A stretch of DNA of 64,000 bases, taken from positions 4,154,001 to 4,218,000 of the forward strand of contig JAWMAR010000193.1 in NCBI GenBank assembly GCA_036785375.1, in the 5' to 3' direction. Origin of the DNA: Leucoraja ocellata. Its lineage: Eukaryota. Under the pieces are notes generated by a model, which was not told the origin of the DNA, ran no database searches, and worked only from the letters and a program-made list of their open reading frames with translations. This document shows positions 26,061 through 38,000 of this stretch, piece by piece (within the stretch, counting starts at the first letter, position 1; every line of letters starts with the position of its first letter). Made by a program: the position numbers and the translations under genes.

Positions 26061-26386
26061 TGGGCAGCACAGTGGCACAGTTGGTAGATCCGCTGCCTCA
26101 CAGTCCCGGGTTCGATCCTAATCGTGGGTGCCATCTGTATGAAGTTTGCACGTTCTCCTGTAATTGCATGGGTTTCCTCCGTGTGCTCCGATTTCCTCCC
26201 AGATCCCAAAAGCATGTGGGTTTGTAGGTTAATTGACCACTGTAACATTGCCCCTAATGTATACAGAGTGGATGAGAAAGTGGGATAACATAAATGTTAT
26301 GTGAATGGTTGATTGGTGTTGGCATGGACCTGGTGGGCCAAAGGGCATGTCTCCATGCTGTATATCGAAACTAAACTAAACTAAAC
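26061..26386 (+). mobile_element. V-SINE (HE1-like) inserted into the tail of a minus-strand CR1 fragment
   Basis: tRNA-like head, V-domain, (aaact)n tail. Confidence 0.8.
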
Positions 26387-26820
26387 TTTAGCCCACCTTG
26401 TCCATGCTGACTAAGTTACCATTTTGCCTGCATTTGGCCCAAAGCCCTCTTAAACCTTTCCTATCTATATATATATGTCCAAAAGTATTTTAAAAGCTGT
26501 AATTATTTCTTCTATGGTTTCCTCTGGCAGCTCATTCCAGATACAAACTATCTTCTGAGTGAAAAAGGTGCCCTTGAGGTCCCAGTTAAATCACTCCCCT
26601 CTCAACTTCAGCTTCTTTCCTTTAGTTTTAGAATCCTCTGCCCTGGGAATAAGACTGTGAGTGTTCAATTTATCCATGTCCCTCAGGATTTTGTGTACCC
26701 TCAGCGTCCTAAGCTCCAAAGGTAAAAGTCACAGCATATCCAACCCCTCCCTGCAACTCAAGCCCACAAGCCAAGATAATATCCTGGTTAATCTCTTCAG
26801 CACCATTTCCAATTTGTCAC
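26387..26820 (-). mobile_element. CR1/HER1 LINE 3' fragment
   Basis: Antisense CR1 motifs (ggcagctcattccagatac, ccctgcaactcaagccc); a further RT fragment at ~27165-27345 (GVPHRLLLGP). Confidence 0.65.
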
Positions 26821-29001
26821 TGGATGCAAAGCAATTTGGAACATCTGAATCTTGGTTCTACTTAGAATGGAAGACCAGCCTTCAGACCAATAGAAGTGCT
26901 TTCAGGCAGTACCAAATTGACAAGACATTAGTTCTCTTCTTCTTTTTGCGTATGGTATGCACAGCCTAAAGTTGTAGGACAACTTGTTCTATTTGATATT
27001 ATTTGATTGTGCACACCAGGTTGATTGCATTCGTCGAAACAGGACGGACCATGTGAAGGTTGCAATCTCCCACCCCAGGAATTTAGTTGATCTTGAAGAA
27101 AGCTATGTATTTTATGTTATTGCCCCATTAAACAGTTTGTGCTAGATCTAGCTCCTCCAAAGGTGGCAACTTTCATCCAAGTTATCCATAATATCATAAA
27201 AGAGAGAGGTCCCAGCAATAATCTATGTGGAACACCGCGGGTCAACAGACCTCTGCCAGAATAATGCCTTTCCACCACTATCCTCTGTCTTGTATGGGAA
27301 CACAAATTCTGAATCCAAGTTACCATCACCATGGATCTCACACATGCTAATCAATGTAAATATAATCAGGACATAGTTTAATCAATACAATACAGTTACT
27401 CTTTAACAGTGTTATCTAAACCTTAAGAAGAAAAGCAATGAAAACGTTGCAATGTAATGAAAACATATCCTTTTATAGGTAATATAGTTCCTTTCTTTCC
27501 TGTAATCTTTTCTGTGTAATCTCTTTTGCCTTTTCCTGTGAAGATTCCAATCAGTTTAACTTCCGTCTACAAGTTCAATGTCCCGATTCAGCCACTCAAA
27601 TATCCTTTAACTGATTGGAATAATTTGTGTGGATTGTCAGAACTGACACTAGGATTTGAAAATGAGTTACATTTAACAAATGCCTGTGTTGATTCAAAGA
27701 GAGCTCTGGCATTTGTTAAATGCAACATAATTCCTCCCTCTTGAACCTCCAGTTCAAAAAAGAGTCCAACTTGTGTGCTGAATTCAGTTGAAGTGTGTAT
27801 TTGTAACTTATTTAAACACAGGCTACAATTACATGTATGTTGTGATGGGAATCAAAGGAATAATAGTGTCAATTCTAATTTGATTTTTGATATAATTTGT
27901 TGTATTTGCAATCAACCACATCAAGTTTAATTCCTTACAATAAACATGTACTTAAATTTAATTTAACAAGTCAGGATCTAAAAAAGTAGGGAAAAGCAAC
28001 AAATGGGAAGATTTCAAGAATTATTTGGTGAGAAGTGCTTTGTAAAGTATTTTAAGGTAATCCAATTGAATATTAAATAATTGAACCTCAAAAGTACATT
28101 AACCAAAACATAGGCTTTCCAATTCAGAAGACCTAATATTGCCTCAAAAATACCTCTGTACATCCTTCTGAGAACATTGCTTCTGAAAACTTGGAGGCAC
28201 CCTAGCTTAGAAATCTGGCCCATTCTCCTGAATTGGCAGACACATTAGGAATACCACTTTATTTTGCTGAGGGAGGCAAGATGCGAGCACCAACTGTATT
28301 AGCAGGATATTGCTGGCTGGAGGCTTTGAACGGCAAGACACGGTGTGGCCAGCAATAATCCTCAGGTAGGTTGTTAAATGGGGAGTTGGAGATGTGCGAC
28401 TCGGAGGGTGATTGTAAGAGGAAACCAAGAACACCTTCAGCTTACATAACTGCGAAAACATACTAATGCTATTCCAACATGCAGTTAGTCATGTTGTTCC
28501 CTTTATCTGAGATTTCTTCATTTCTTTCGCATTTAGCAGTGGCCAGTCAGAAAATCAACCGCACCTGTCTCATAGTTTTTCATAGCTTTCTTGCTGGCAT
28601 AGGACCAATAGACAGCAATTTTTTAAGACTGTGATGATGCAAATTTTTTCTTCATGCAGAGAACTGCAGATCCTTGAAATTCCATATTTAAGATGGCTTT
28701 GAATGTTATTAACAATGGGAGAACTGGAGGATACGATGATTAGATGAGTAAATGGATGAGATTCAAGATCAGCAGTTGCAGAGCATTCTGAAGGGGCTGC
28801 ATGCCACTCTCCCACTTCTAATGTTCTCGTGAAGTTTCATCAGTTAAGCTCTTGACTACCCACATGAAAAGTCACTGCTTTCAAAAGTAATTCAGTGAGA
28901 AGTGCTTTGTGAAGTGTTTCACGACGATAATACGTGATACGATTGAATATCTAATAATTGAACTTCCGAAGTACATCAACCAAAATGCAGGTAATTGTCA
29001 A

Positions 29002-29143
29002 GGTGTGTAGGAAGGAAATGCAGATGCTGGTTTATACTGAAGATCGACACAAAATGCTAGAGTAACTCAGCGGGTCAGGCAGCATCTCAGGAGAAAAGGA
29101 ATAGGTGATGTTTCAGGACGGAACACTTCTTCAGACTGTTGCC
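29002..29143 (-). mobile_element. short Penelope-pLTR-derived insertion with 9-bp TSD
   Basis: aattgtcaa at 28993-29001 and 29144-29152; body matches the other pLTR copies. Confidence 0.75.
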
Positions 29144-30445
29144 AATTGTCAATTGGGTCTGAAATGCTAAAGGCCCAATATTGCCCCCAAATAATGCTTT
29201 TATCTTAAAAACAAGATTTCCCCGTCATAAAAATTCCAAACCAAAATAAACATGCACATAATACCGTGTAGGTAATAGAGGTGGAATGGGAAAAAAAAAT
29301 AATAGAACTCCGGTGCTATAGGTGCTGGAATTATCCTCATTTTTTTCAGTCATGTATAGCTGTTGGTTAGAATAGCATCACATTATTTTTTTCAGTTAAA
29401 ACAATTTTATAACAAACTTTTAGACAGTGGAGGCGGAAAGATTCAAGAGTACATTAAGTATTTTCTGCCTTTACTCCACAACAGGAAAACTCTTTGTCTC
29501 CTCCGCTCCCCTGACTGGTGTTGGGCACCATGAGTGGTTGTTGCCCTCAGATATTTCATGCAAGAAGCCATTGTTCGCATGTGAATGGAAAGGCTGTCTT
29601 AACAGTGGTCGATGTTGCAGCCAAACCTAATACTACAGTCATCTGCTGTGCTTACATTGGTACTATCAGTAGGGACTAGGCAGAGTTATGAAGAATGAGA
29701 GCCAACGTAATGTTGATGTGGTGTACTTTGATATTCTAATTGTCAAAAAGTTGATAAAAAACACGTATAATATCTTGTGGGGGATCTGATTGAGACATTG
29801 TATACCCTTAATTTATTAGTGTACAGAGAAACTAATCTTGGTGGGCGATACCTTCCAGAATGTCACTTAGTGAGTTCATAGTACTTAGTTTTTTCTTATA
29901 GCTATGTTCTAAAGTAACAAGACTTACGGGTTGCTATGACTGATGCTAAAGGCTCTCATGGAACAGAGCATTATGTGTAGTCAATCCACACACAGTTTGC
30001 GCCTACACGAGTGAAGGCATAGCAGTGTCATACCAGCCTCACTGAGGTCTGGCAATAATCCACATTGCTAAAAAATACAATGGGCTAGTGAAAGGTCACC
30101 CTAGAGAACATGCATAACGCCTACTGCAAAGCTGTCAAGGCTACATTCTGAAGAAATGGTCAGGCATTAGAGATTCAGTAGCCAACATCATTATAAATGG
30201 GTTAACCCTTCCCCTGGATCAGAGCTATCCTTTAACTGCAGATGGACAAATGGCGAGAGATAGATATTGAAAACAATGGAAAATCCTTGAGCATGGTATG
30301 AGGAAACTCCAATCGCTTTCAATTTGAAAAAAAAATAGAGGATTTTACACTGTGTCATTGTGTTCATTGATACTAATCTTGGGGGGGGGGGGGGGGGGGG
30401 ATACCTACCAGAATGCCACTCAGTGAGCTTATATCACTTTGCTTT

Positions 30446-30876
30446 TAGAAATATAGAAAATAGTGAGCAGGAGTAAGCAATTTGGCCCTTCGAGCCAGCA
30501 CCGCCATTCCCGATGATCATGGCTGATCATCCAAAACCCGTTCCTGCTTTAACCCCATATCCCTTGATTCCTTTAGCCCTAAGAGATAAATTAACTATCT
30601 CTTGGAAACATCAAGTGAATTGGCCGCCACTGCCTTTGTGGCAGAGAATTCCATAGATTCACAACTCTCTGGGTGAAAAAGTTTTTCCTCATCACAGTCC
30701 TAAATGGCCTACCACTTATTCTTACCCCTGGTTCTGGACTCCCCCAACATTGGGAACTTTTTTCCTGCATCTAGCCTGTACAATCCTTTAAGAATTGTAT
30801 ATGTTTCTATAAGATTCCCTCTCATCCTCCTAAATCCCAGTGGATACAAGCCCAGTCGACCCATTCTTTCATCATA
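30446..30876 (-). mobile_element. CR1 LINE 3' end
   Basis: Antisense of FTQRVVNLWNSL and of the 3'UTR stem and tail. Confidence 0.85.
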
Positions 30877-30877
30877 G

Positions 30878-31648
30878 ATAATTTAGATTAATTAATTAAA
30901 AGTAATATTAGCAAATTTGCAGATGACACAAAGCTGGGTGGCAGTGTGAACTGCGAGGAGGATGCTATGAGGATGCAGGGTGACTTGGACAGGTTGGGTG
31001 AGTGGGCAGATGCATTTTAATGTGGATAAATATGAGGTTGTCCACTTTGCTGGCAAGAACAAGAAGGCAGATTATTATCCGAATGGTGTCAAGTTGGGAA
31101 AAGGGGAAGTACAATGGTATCTGGGATCCTTGTACATCAGTCACTGAAAGTAAGCATGCAGGTACAGCAGGCATTGAAGAAACCTAATGGCATGTTGGCC
31201 TTCATAACAAGAGGAGTTGAGTATAGGAATGGAACAACTGGGCTTGAATACAGTGGAATTTAGAAGGTTGAGATGGGATCTTATTGAAGCACATGATTAT
31301 TAAGGGATTGGACATGCTAGAGGCAGGAAACATGTTCCTGACATTGGGGGAGTGCAGAACCAGGGGCCACAATTTAAGAATGGGGGGTAGGCCATTTAGA
31401 ACGGAGATGAGGAAACAGGTTTTCACTCAGAGAGTTGTGAATCTGTGGAATTCTCTGCCTCAGAAGGCAGTGGAGTCCGATTCTCTGGATGCTTTCAAGA
31501 GAGAGTTAGCTCTTAAAGATAGCGGAGTCAAGGGATATGGGGAGAAGGCAGTAACGGGATACTAATTGTGGATGATCAGCCATGATCACAGTGAATTGCG
31601 GTGCTGGTTCGAATGGCTGAATGGCCTACTCCTGCACCTATTGTCTAT
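30878..31648 (+). mobile_element. CR1 LINE 3' fragment
   Basis: SKFADDTKLGG RT motif and ...RTRGHNLR...FTQRVVNLWNSLPQKAVE; 3'UTR ggcctactcctgcacctattgtctat. Confidence 0.9.
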
Positions 31649-32397
31649 CATATTTCCTATATTGAAGTTCTGAAGTTGCAAGATTTAAGCATTTCTATAG
31701 CACAGTGTTACTGTATGTGAACAAATTACCATGATCAGTTGGGAGAGAGTAGGAGTAAGTCTTGTGATGGATTGACTCAATCAAGACATGGAAGTTATCA
31801 TCAATGAAGGGAGCGATATTAACTGAAAATTATGGCTTCTCGCTTTCCCGCCTTGACCTGAGAATTAACTCCAATTCTGCTTCATCGTCCTGAAGTCACT
31901 TACAAACACGATTCTCTGAATCTCAGATTTAAAATGACAATTGACTTTGCATCAGTTGCCATTTATGGAAAAGAGTTCAAAATTTGTTTCCTAACTTCAC
32001 TCGTAAATAGCCTGATCAAATTTCCACTGCCAACCAGAGGGAATAGTTTGTGCCTCCCAAACCTTATACTTTATATCTCAAAAACTTAAAACGTTACCCA
32101 TTAGTGTACTAAATTCCAAAGAATACAATGCTTGCTTATGAAATATCTCCACACACTCTAACCAGGCAATACCTATCATTCAGGAAAAGCTTCACTCCCT
32201 CCTAAACAAATTTGCCTACCATACCCAGCAAAATACTAAGTGCTGGAGGAACTCTGTGGGTCAGGCAGAATCTGTAGAGGGAAATGGACAGATGATGTTT
32301 CAGGTTGGGATCCATCATCAGTCTGAAGAAGATTCCAGCATCTGAATTCTCTTGTGTCTCCTTCTTGCACTACTCGGTTTTACAGCACGACTTTCAC

Positions 32398-32547
32398 CAT
32401 GTGTAAGAAGGAACTGTAGATGCTGGTTTAAACCGAAGATAGACACAAAAAGCTGGAGTAACTCAGCGGGACAGGCAGCATCTCTGGAGAGAAGGAATGG
32501 GTGAGAGAAGGAATGGGTGACGTTTCGGGTCGAGACCCTTCTTCAGT
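32398..32547 (-). mobile_element. short Penelope-pLTR-derived insertion with intact hammerhead core
   Basis: Flanked by ctttcac (32391-32397, 32548-32554); - strand reads CTGAAGAAGGGTCTCGACCCGAAACGTC. Confidence 0.75.
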
Positions 32548-32656
32548 CTTTCACAATTACTTGCCTATGATTGATGCACAAAGAGGCCTGAATGCTGAAT
32601 ATCTGAAGATAGAGCACATAATCGTTGATTGGTCCTATCACTATATCAAACTATGG

Positions 32657-33763
32657 TAGACACAAAATGCTGGAGTAACTCATCAGGACAGGCAGCCTCT
32701 CTGGAGAGAACGAATGGGTGATGTTTCAGGTCGAGACCCTTCTTCAGACTCATGTCAGGGGAGTGGGCACGACAAAGATAGAATGTAGTCGGAGACAGTA
32801 AGACTGGTGGGAGAACTGGGAAGGAAGGGGATTGAGAGGGAAAGCAAGGGCAATTTAAAGTTAGAGGTCAAAGTATGGTGATGGTCATTAGGGAATGTGG
32901 TGTGATGGGCAATTCAAAACAGAATGACTCCCACACCAATCTCGACTATACTTCTTTCCACCCTGCTTCCTGCAAAGACTCTATCCCCTACTCCGAATTC
33001 CTCTGTCTACGCCCAAGATGAGGTGTTCCATACCAGAATATCCGAGATGTCCTCATTCTTTAGGAAACGGGGTTCCCCTCTCCCATCATAGATAAGGCCC
33101 TCACTCGTGTCTCTTCGGTAGCGCGCAGCTCCGCCCTTGCTCCCCCTCCCCCTAGTCACATTAGAGACAGAGTCCCCCTAGTTCTTACCTTCCACCCCAA
33201 CAGTTGTCGCATACAACACATTATCCTCCAAAATTTCCGCCACCTCCAACGGGATCCCACCACGAGCCACATTTTCCCATCTCCACCCCTTTCTGCCTTC
33301 CGTGGCGAGACCAAACGCTGACTGGGCAATCGTTTCGATGAGCATTTTCGCTCAGCCTGCCTGAACCATGCTGATCTCTCTGCTGCTGGACACTTTAATT
33401 CTCCTTCCCATTCCCACACAGACCTATCTGTCCTCCATTGTCAGAGTGAGGCTAAACCCAAATTCGAGGAACAGCATCTCATATTTCGCTTGGGCTGCTT
33501 ACAGCCCAGTGGTATGACTATTGATTTCTCTCACTTCAGGTAGCCCCGGCATTCCCTCGTTATCCCTCCCCCTCCCAGGTCGCACTAGCTTCTCATTTTC
33601 ATCCTACAAACAGCTTATAATGGCCTGTTTCCTTTACCATCATTGCTTTTTTGCATTTCTTTCGTTCATTGTCTGAAGAAGGGTCTCGATCCGAAATGTC
33701 ACCCATTCCTTCTCTCCAGAGATACTACCTGTCCCGCTGAGTTAATCCAGCTTTTTGTGTCTA
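32657..33763 (+). mobile_element. 5'-truncated Penelope-like element with inverted 5' pLTR
   Basis: RT C-terminal remnant (LDYTSFHPASCKDSIPYSEFL) and GIY-YIG remnant (GETKR...HFNSPSHSHTDL...EEQHLIFRLG); ~90-bp inverted arms at 32657-32749 and 33671-33763. Confidence 0.85.
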
Positions 33764-34294
33764 TCTTAGAATTATGGTGAGGTGGTTGTGGAGAAATAAG
33801 GGATCCGGAGACATGATAAAAATAGAGGTTGACTGGAAAATGATTTGAGATCCTTACACAGTGAAGGTTGACCATTAACTCGCTTCAATCCATTGGCACA
33901 GCCCCTGAATGTCCTAACAGTAAAATGCCATTTAGCAACAATCCATCCACTAACCCATTTATAATGTTATCACCTGATGACATAAATTCCACCCTTTGAC
34001 TGTATAATTTTACTTGAACCATTTACATTTTTTTTGTCTCTCCAGCGACAACTCCATCTATACAGTTTTACACACATACACATTTACAAACCTGCTGAAT
34101 ATGGACACACATACAAGTGTAGATCCATTCACCCAATATAAGTACACATGCACATAACAAAATATATACACAAATATTCTTCAACTTTAGTCAATCACCA
34201 GCAAACTCAAAAATAATGTTATTTCTCTGCCACTCCACAAAATATTTAGCATTAGTGCGAGCTCTGATTGTCTTTTCTATCAGATCTGTTGCCC

Positions 34295-34354
34295 TTCTCT
34301 GTCTCTTTCTTTATCTCCCTCTCTCTCCCTCTCCCTCTCTCTCTCTCTCTCTCT
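34295..34354. repeat. (TC)n microsatellite
   Basis: imperfect CT dinucleotide run. Confidence 0.9.
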
Positions 34355-35717
34355 TTTGCTCCCGTGTCACTATACTTTGTTAGCAGGAAATAGATTCTCA
34401 GCTGAAGAGCATAGTTGACCTGCTCGAGTTCTTGCTGTTCCTTCCGGTAACAGCACAATAAAAGTTTTGTGTTTTGAATTGTCCTTGACATTCTTTTATC
34501 CGACAGTGGTGGACACAGTGTGCTGGAAAACATGACATCATTATCACTGACAGATGCTCAAATAAATCACCTGCAAATCTGCTCCTTTTGCTTCTTCAAA
34601 CCTTTGTGTCCAGAACCAAGTGCCTCTTTGAAATTTTATTCCATGCATGATAGATAATAGCACTTTATGATTGTTCAGGAGTATGTTAGGCTTATTGCAT
34701 TCCCATATTTGTTGAAGAAAAAGAATCATTGAGTGGTGTGTGGTGAGAGAATATATGTACTCTGCAGTGTTTAACAAGCAAGCTTTCTGATATGTGCCAT
34801 CCATGCCTGTTGTATTATTTACTGCAGTACATTGATCATTTTGCACTCGAGGACAACGAGAAAAAGTATGTTTCTGTCCGTCTTTCTTTCAAACCTGGCA
34901 CCAGGGGATCAACCCCAGGGATACTGCCTCTTTTACGCAGCTTGAATGTTCTGTTTTGAGTCTAGTTTGTTTACAAGGCCATGATTGTAGTGGTTTTCAC
35001 TTTAGGTGCCACACTGTCTATGCAACTGCAACAACAAAATTAAGTTCACAAAATATCTGTAAACATAGTTCCTATTTATGAATGTTGTGGAAGCAAACAG
35101 ATAGCACGGAACCAAAGAACCTCTCTCACTCACCCTTTACCTAAAAAAGATTAGAGACGTGGTCAGAGAAATAGAAAGCTCCAACATTGCCTTTATTATG
35201 CAAAAGTATGGTGTCATTTTATTCCTCAGCTGGTTAAAGTGCCATAAGATGAAAAACCTTTGATGTGCCTGACTCACATGAGTCACATGAGATGAGCAAT
35301 GGTACAGTACAATAGTTATATTTCTAATAGTCGCTCCTTTGAAATATCTTAAAATCAGTGTATCTTTGTGAGTTAACATTGCCGGCTTTGTTTGTTTATC
35401 GAAGCTGGCAGCCCTTTTTGTGTGTGCTTATTTCACTCCTCCATTTTAATTGTTGAGACTTTTCAATCCCCATTTTCTTCCATGAGTACCTCTTTATTTC
35501 ACCGCTAGCTGTAACATTAAAGGTAAATAAATACTAGTCTGGCATAGGGTGATTGGAATCATTGAAAAGAGCAGAACAAAGATGATGGAAGCAACAGTTT
35601 AAGGCACTCTGTGTTTACCTTAAAAGAAAACCTCACTCTCCTGGCAGTATGGAGGTTACAACACCACAGTAAAAGCTCGGAAATACTTAGTCCCTTCTGT
35701 CTTTTGTTTCTTTACAG

Positions 35718-35789
35718 AAGAAATGAAGGAAGAGTATGACACTATGGGGCCTGAAGTCACACTTCAGCCAAGGAGAGGTAATGGTACAG
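35718..35789 (+). CDS. ZEB2: ZEB2 coding exon (human exon 4 equivalent), 72 bp
   Basis: tttacag|AAGAAATG...GGTACAG|gtgagt; EEMKEEYDTMGPEVTLQPRRGNGT. Not represented in the ORF track. Confidence 0.94.
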
Positions 35790-35916
35790 GTGAGTACATA
35801 TGGTGTTATTTCAAGAATTTTTTTCACGAGCATTATATTTTATTCTAAAAGGCTCAGCATGAAGCAGTGGTCACTTATTTTTCAAACATGACTTTCTGAA
35901 GTTCTGCTCTTATAGT

Positions 35917-36464
35917 TAGGGTTGCCAATAGTGTTGCCAACTTTCTCACTCCCAAATAAGGGACAAAAAGGTCAGAATAAGGGACAAATTCCCGACGGCA
36001 ATTCGTTGACCGACTCGGCCGTGGCTGGGTGAATGATGAGTTGACCCGGGTGCTGGACTGCACACAAAGCCCAGCCGGCGGGCCAGCTGAGGAGTTTTGG
36101 CCCGGGCGCCGGGGGGGCATGCGACATCGCGCGCAAAGTCCGGCACCCCATCCAACTCATGAACCGATGACCGGCCATGAGAAGGAGGGGTGGTGGTGTC
36201 GGCAGTAAGCGAAGGTCCAAAGGTCAGACAGTTGGCCGGGCTGCCAACTGACGGGGCCACGGGCGAGGCACTGCTGCTGCACTCCATGGGCTGCACTACG
36301 TCGGGATGGGTGAGGCGGGGCCAGATGCCGTGCTACGACCCGACAGTCCCCTCGACCCGAGTAGCAGCAGTCAAATATGGAACAAGGGCGGTCCCGTACA
36401 GGACAAACCAATTTAGCCCAAAAAACGGGATGTCCCGGCTAATACGGGACAGTTATCAACCTTG
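35917..36464. mobile_element. non-autonomous hAT-like DNA transposon (MITE)
   Basis: Left end tagggttgccaa, right end agttatcaaccttg; 8-bp TSD cttatagt / cttataat; GC- and CpG-rich interior with repeated gggaca/tgtccc motifs. Confidence 0.75.
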
Positions 36465-37884
36465 CTTATAATAAAGCTGCCAGTTCATTTTGATTGGGTG
36501 TGCATCAGCCGGATTTTGAGTCTTCCTGCGCTTTCCAATTAGCTTTCCCTTCCAACCACATACCACCTCCTTAGTCCCCTCCCAAAATAATCTAACCGGT
36601 CCAATTCCCTGTGTGTGGCTGGAAAGCCACAGATGTAGTAATGTTTGTGTATCTAAAGTCTCTGCAGTCTAAATTAGCTTATTCGTTATGTAAACAGCAG
36701 TAAATTAAACTGCAGACAGTCATGGGCTGGGTGCCTTTAATTCTGATCCAAGTTGTTCAAAGCTATCCTGGGTGAATCCAACAACTGATTTTAAGTAGGA
36801 AATGAGGAGCCATGTGCATACGTGGGCATTCCGAGAATTTTTTTCCACCTGATAAAGAGCTTTCGTTAAAGCTATATAGCACAGCAATATTGAAAGTTTG
36901 TACTCTTTGTCCCAGTGGCTGCAAATGGGTTCCTTTCTCCCTTCTCTCTGTTTGTAGGCTGAGCCCTATTAAAAAAGATTTCAGTTCATCAAGGTGTTTT
37001 CCAGAATGCAAATCAAAGTTGCAACACTGAACCACAGAGACATATATTTCGGTCTAAATTTAACTTCAGATGGGAACTTTACCAGTAGCTGGTTGCACTA
37101 TGACATATTTTGCTAATCTCGTGAAAACTGGTCACAGGTTTTGAAATAAACAGAAGCAACCAGCTAAGCTGTTTCTGATTTTGCAAGTGCATCAAAAACC
37201 AAAGATAGATTTAAATACATCTTTTATGTTTCTTTTCACACCGGTTAATAGGTTCCTCATACTGTATTTTCAATGTCTGTGCAGCCACTCCATCTAACAA
37301 ATCAAGTTTTGCTGCAGCATTGTGACTCGTAAAACGTCAATTTTTAAAAAGTTTATATTCTTTAATAGGACAATCTATATTATAGTCGTCATTCTAAAGT
37401 TATAAATATTCAAAAATACACATGAGAAGTGTAATTCAAATTCCTCTTTATTTACTTCATCCCCACAGATTAACAAATGGTCGGCAAATTTATTTTCACA
37501 ATTTTCTGAGGACATTTAATTTTTTGTTGGTCAGCCATTCTTTAGTGGATATCATGCCACCATTTCAATATTCCCTTTAAGCCTTCCAATAGCTTTCAAT
37601 GCACAACCCATTGGCAAAACTCTGCGTGCAAGGGCTATTAGATTTAAATCTGTCATTTTATTTTCCATCCACATGCATTCAGGTAGAAACAAATGTTAGG
37701 CCTTGCATAAGTCAAAACTCAAAGAAGGTCAGGATTTCTGTTCAGACCAGTATGGTCTTGTAAAGGGGGGTTACACCAGTTATCTCTTCCAAGATGGTGC
37801 CCAACACAGGAGACTATTTGCATGCTAGCCCCAGAAGCTGATCTCCAAACATATTATAATCACTCCACACACTTAATCTATACA

Positions 37885-38000
37885 CGGTAATGGATCGATT
37901 GTAATCATGTATTGTCTTTCTGTTGATTGGTTAGCACGCAATAAAAACTTTTCACTATACCTCGGTACATATGACAATAAACTAAACTGAACTGAACTGA
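37885..38000 (+). mobile_element. LINE/SINE 3' end, family uncertain
   Basis: tttcactatacctcggtacatatgacaataaa followed by an (actga)n tail. Confidence 0.55.

Noticed and set aside
35875-36471. Several overlapping ORFs or a CpG-island promoter
   Set aside because: Explained by a GC-rich MITE bounded by TIRs and a TSD; no recognisable protein motifs
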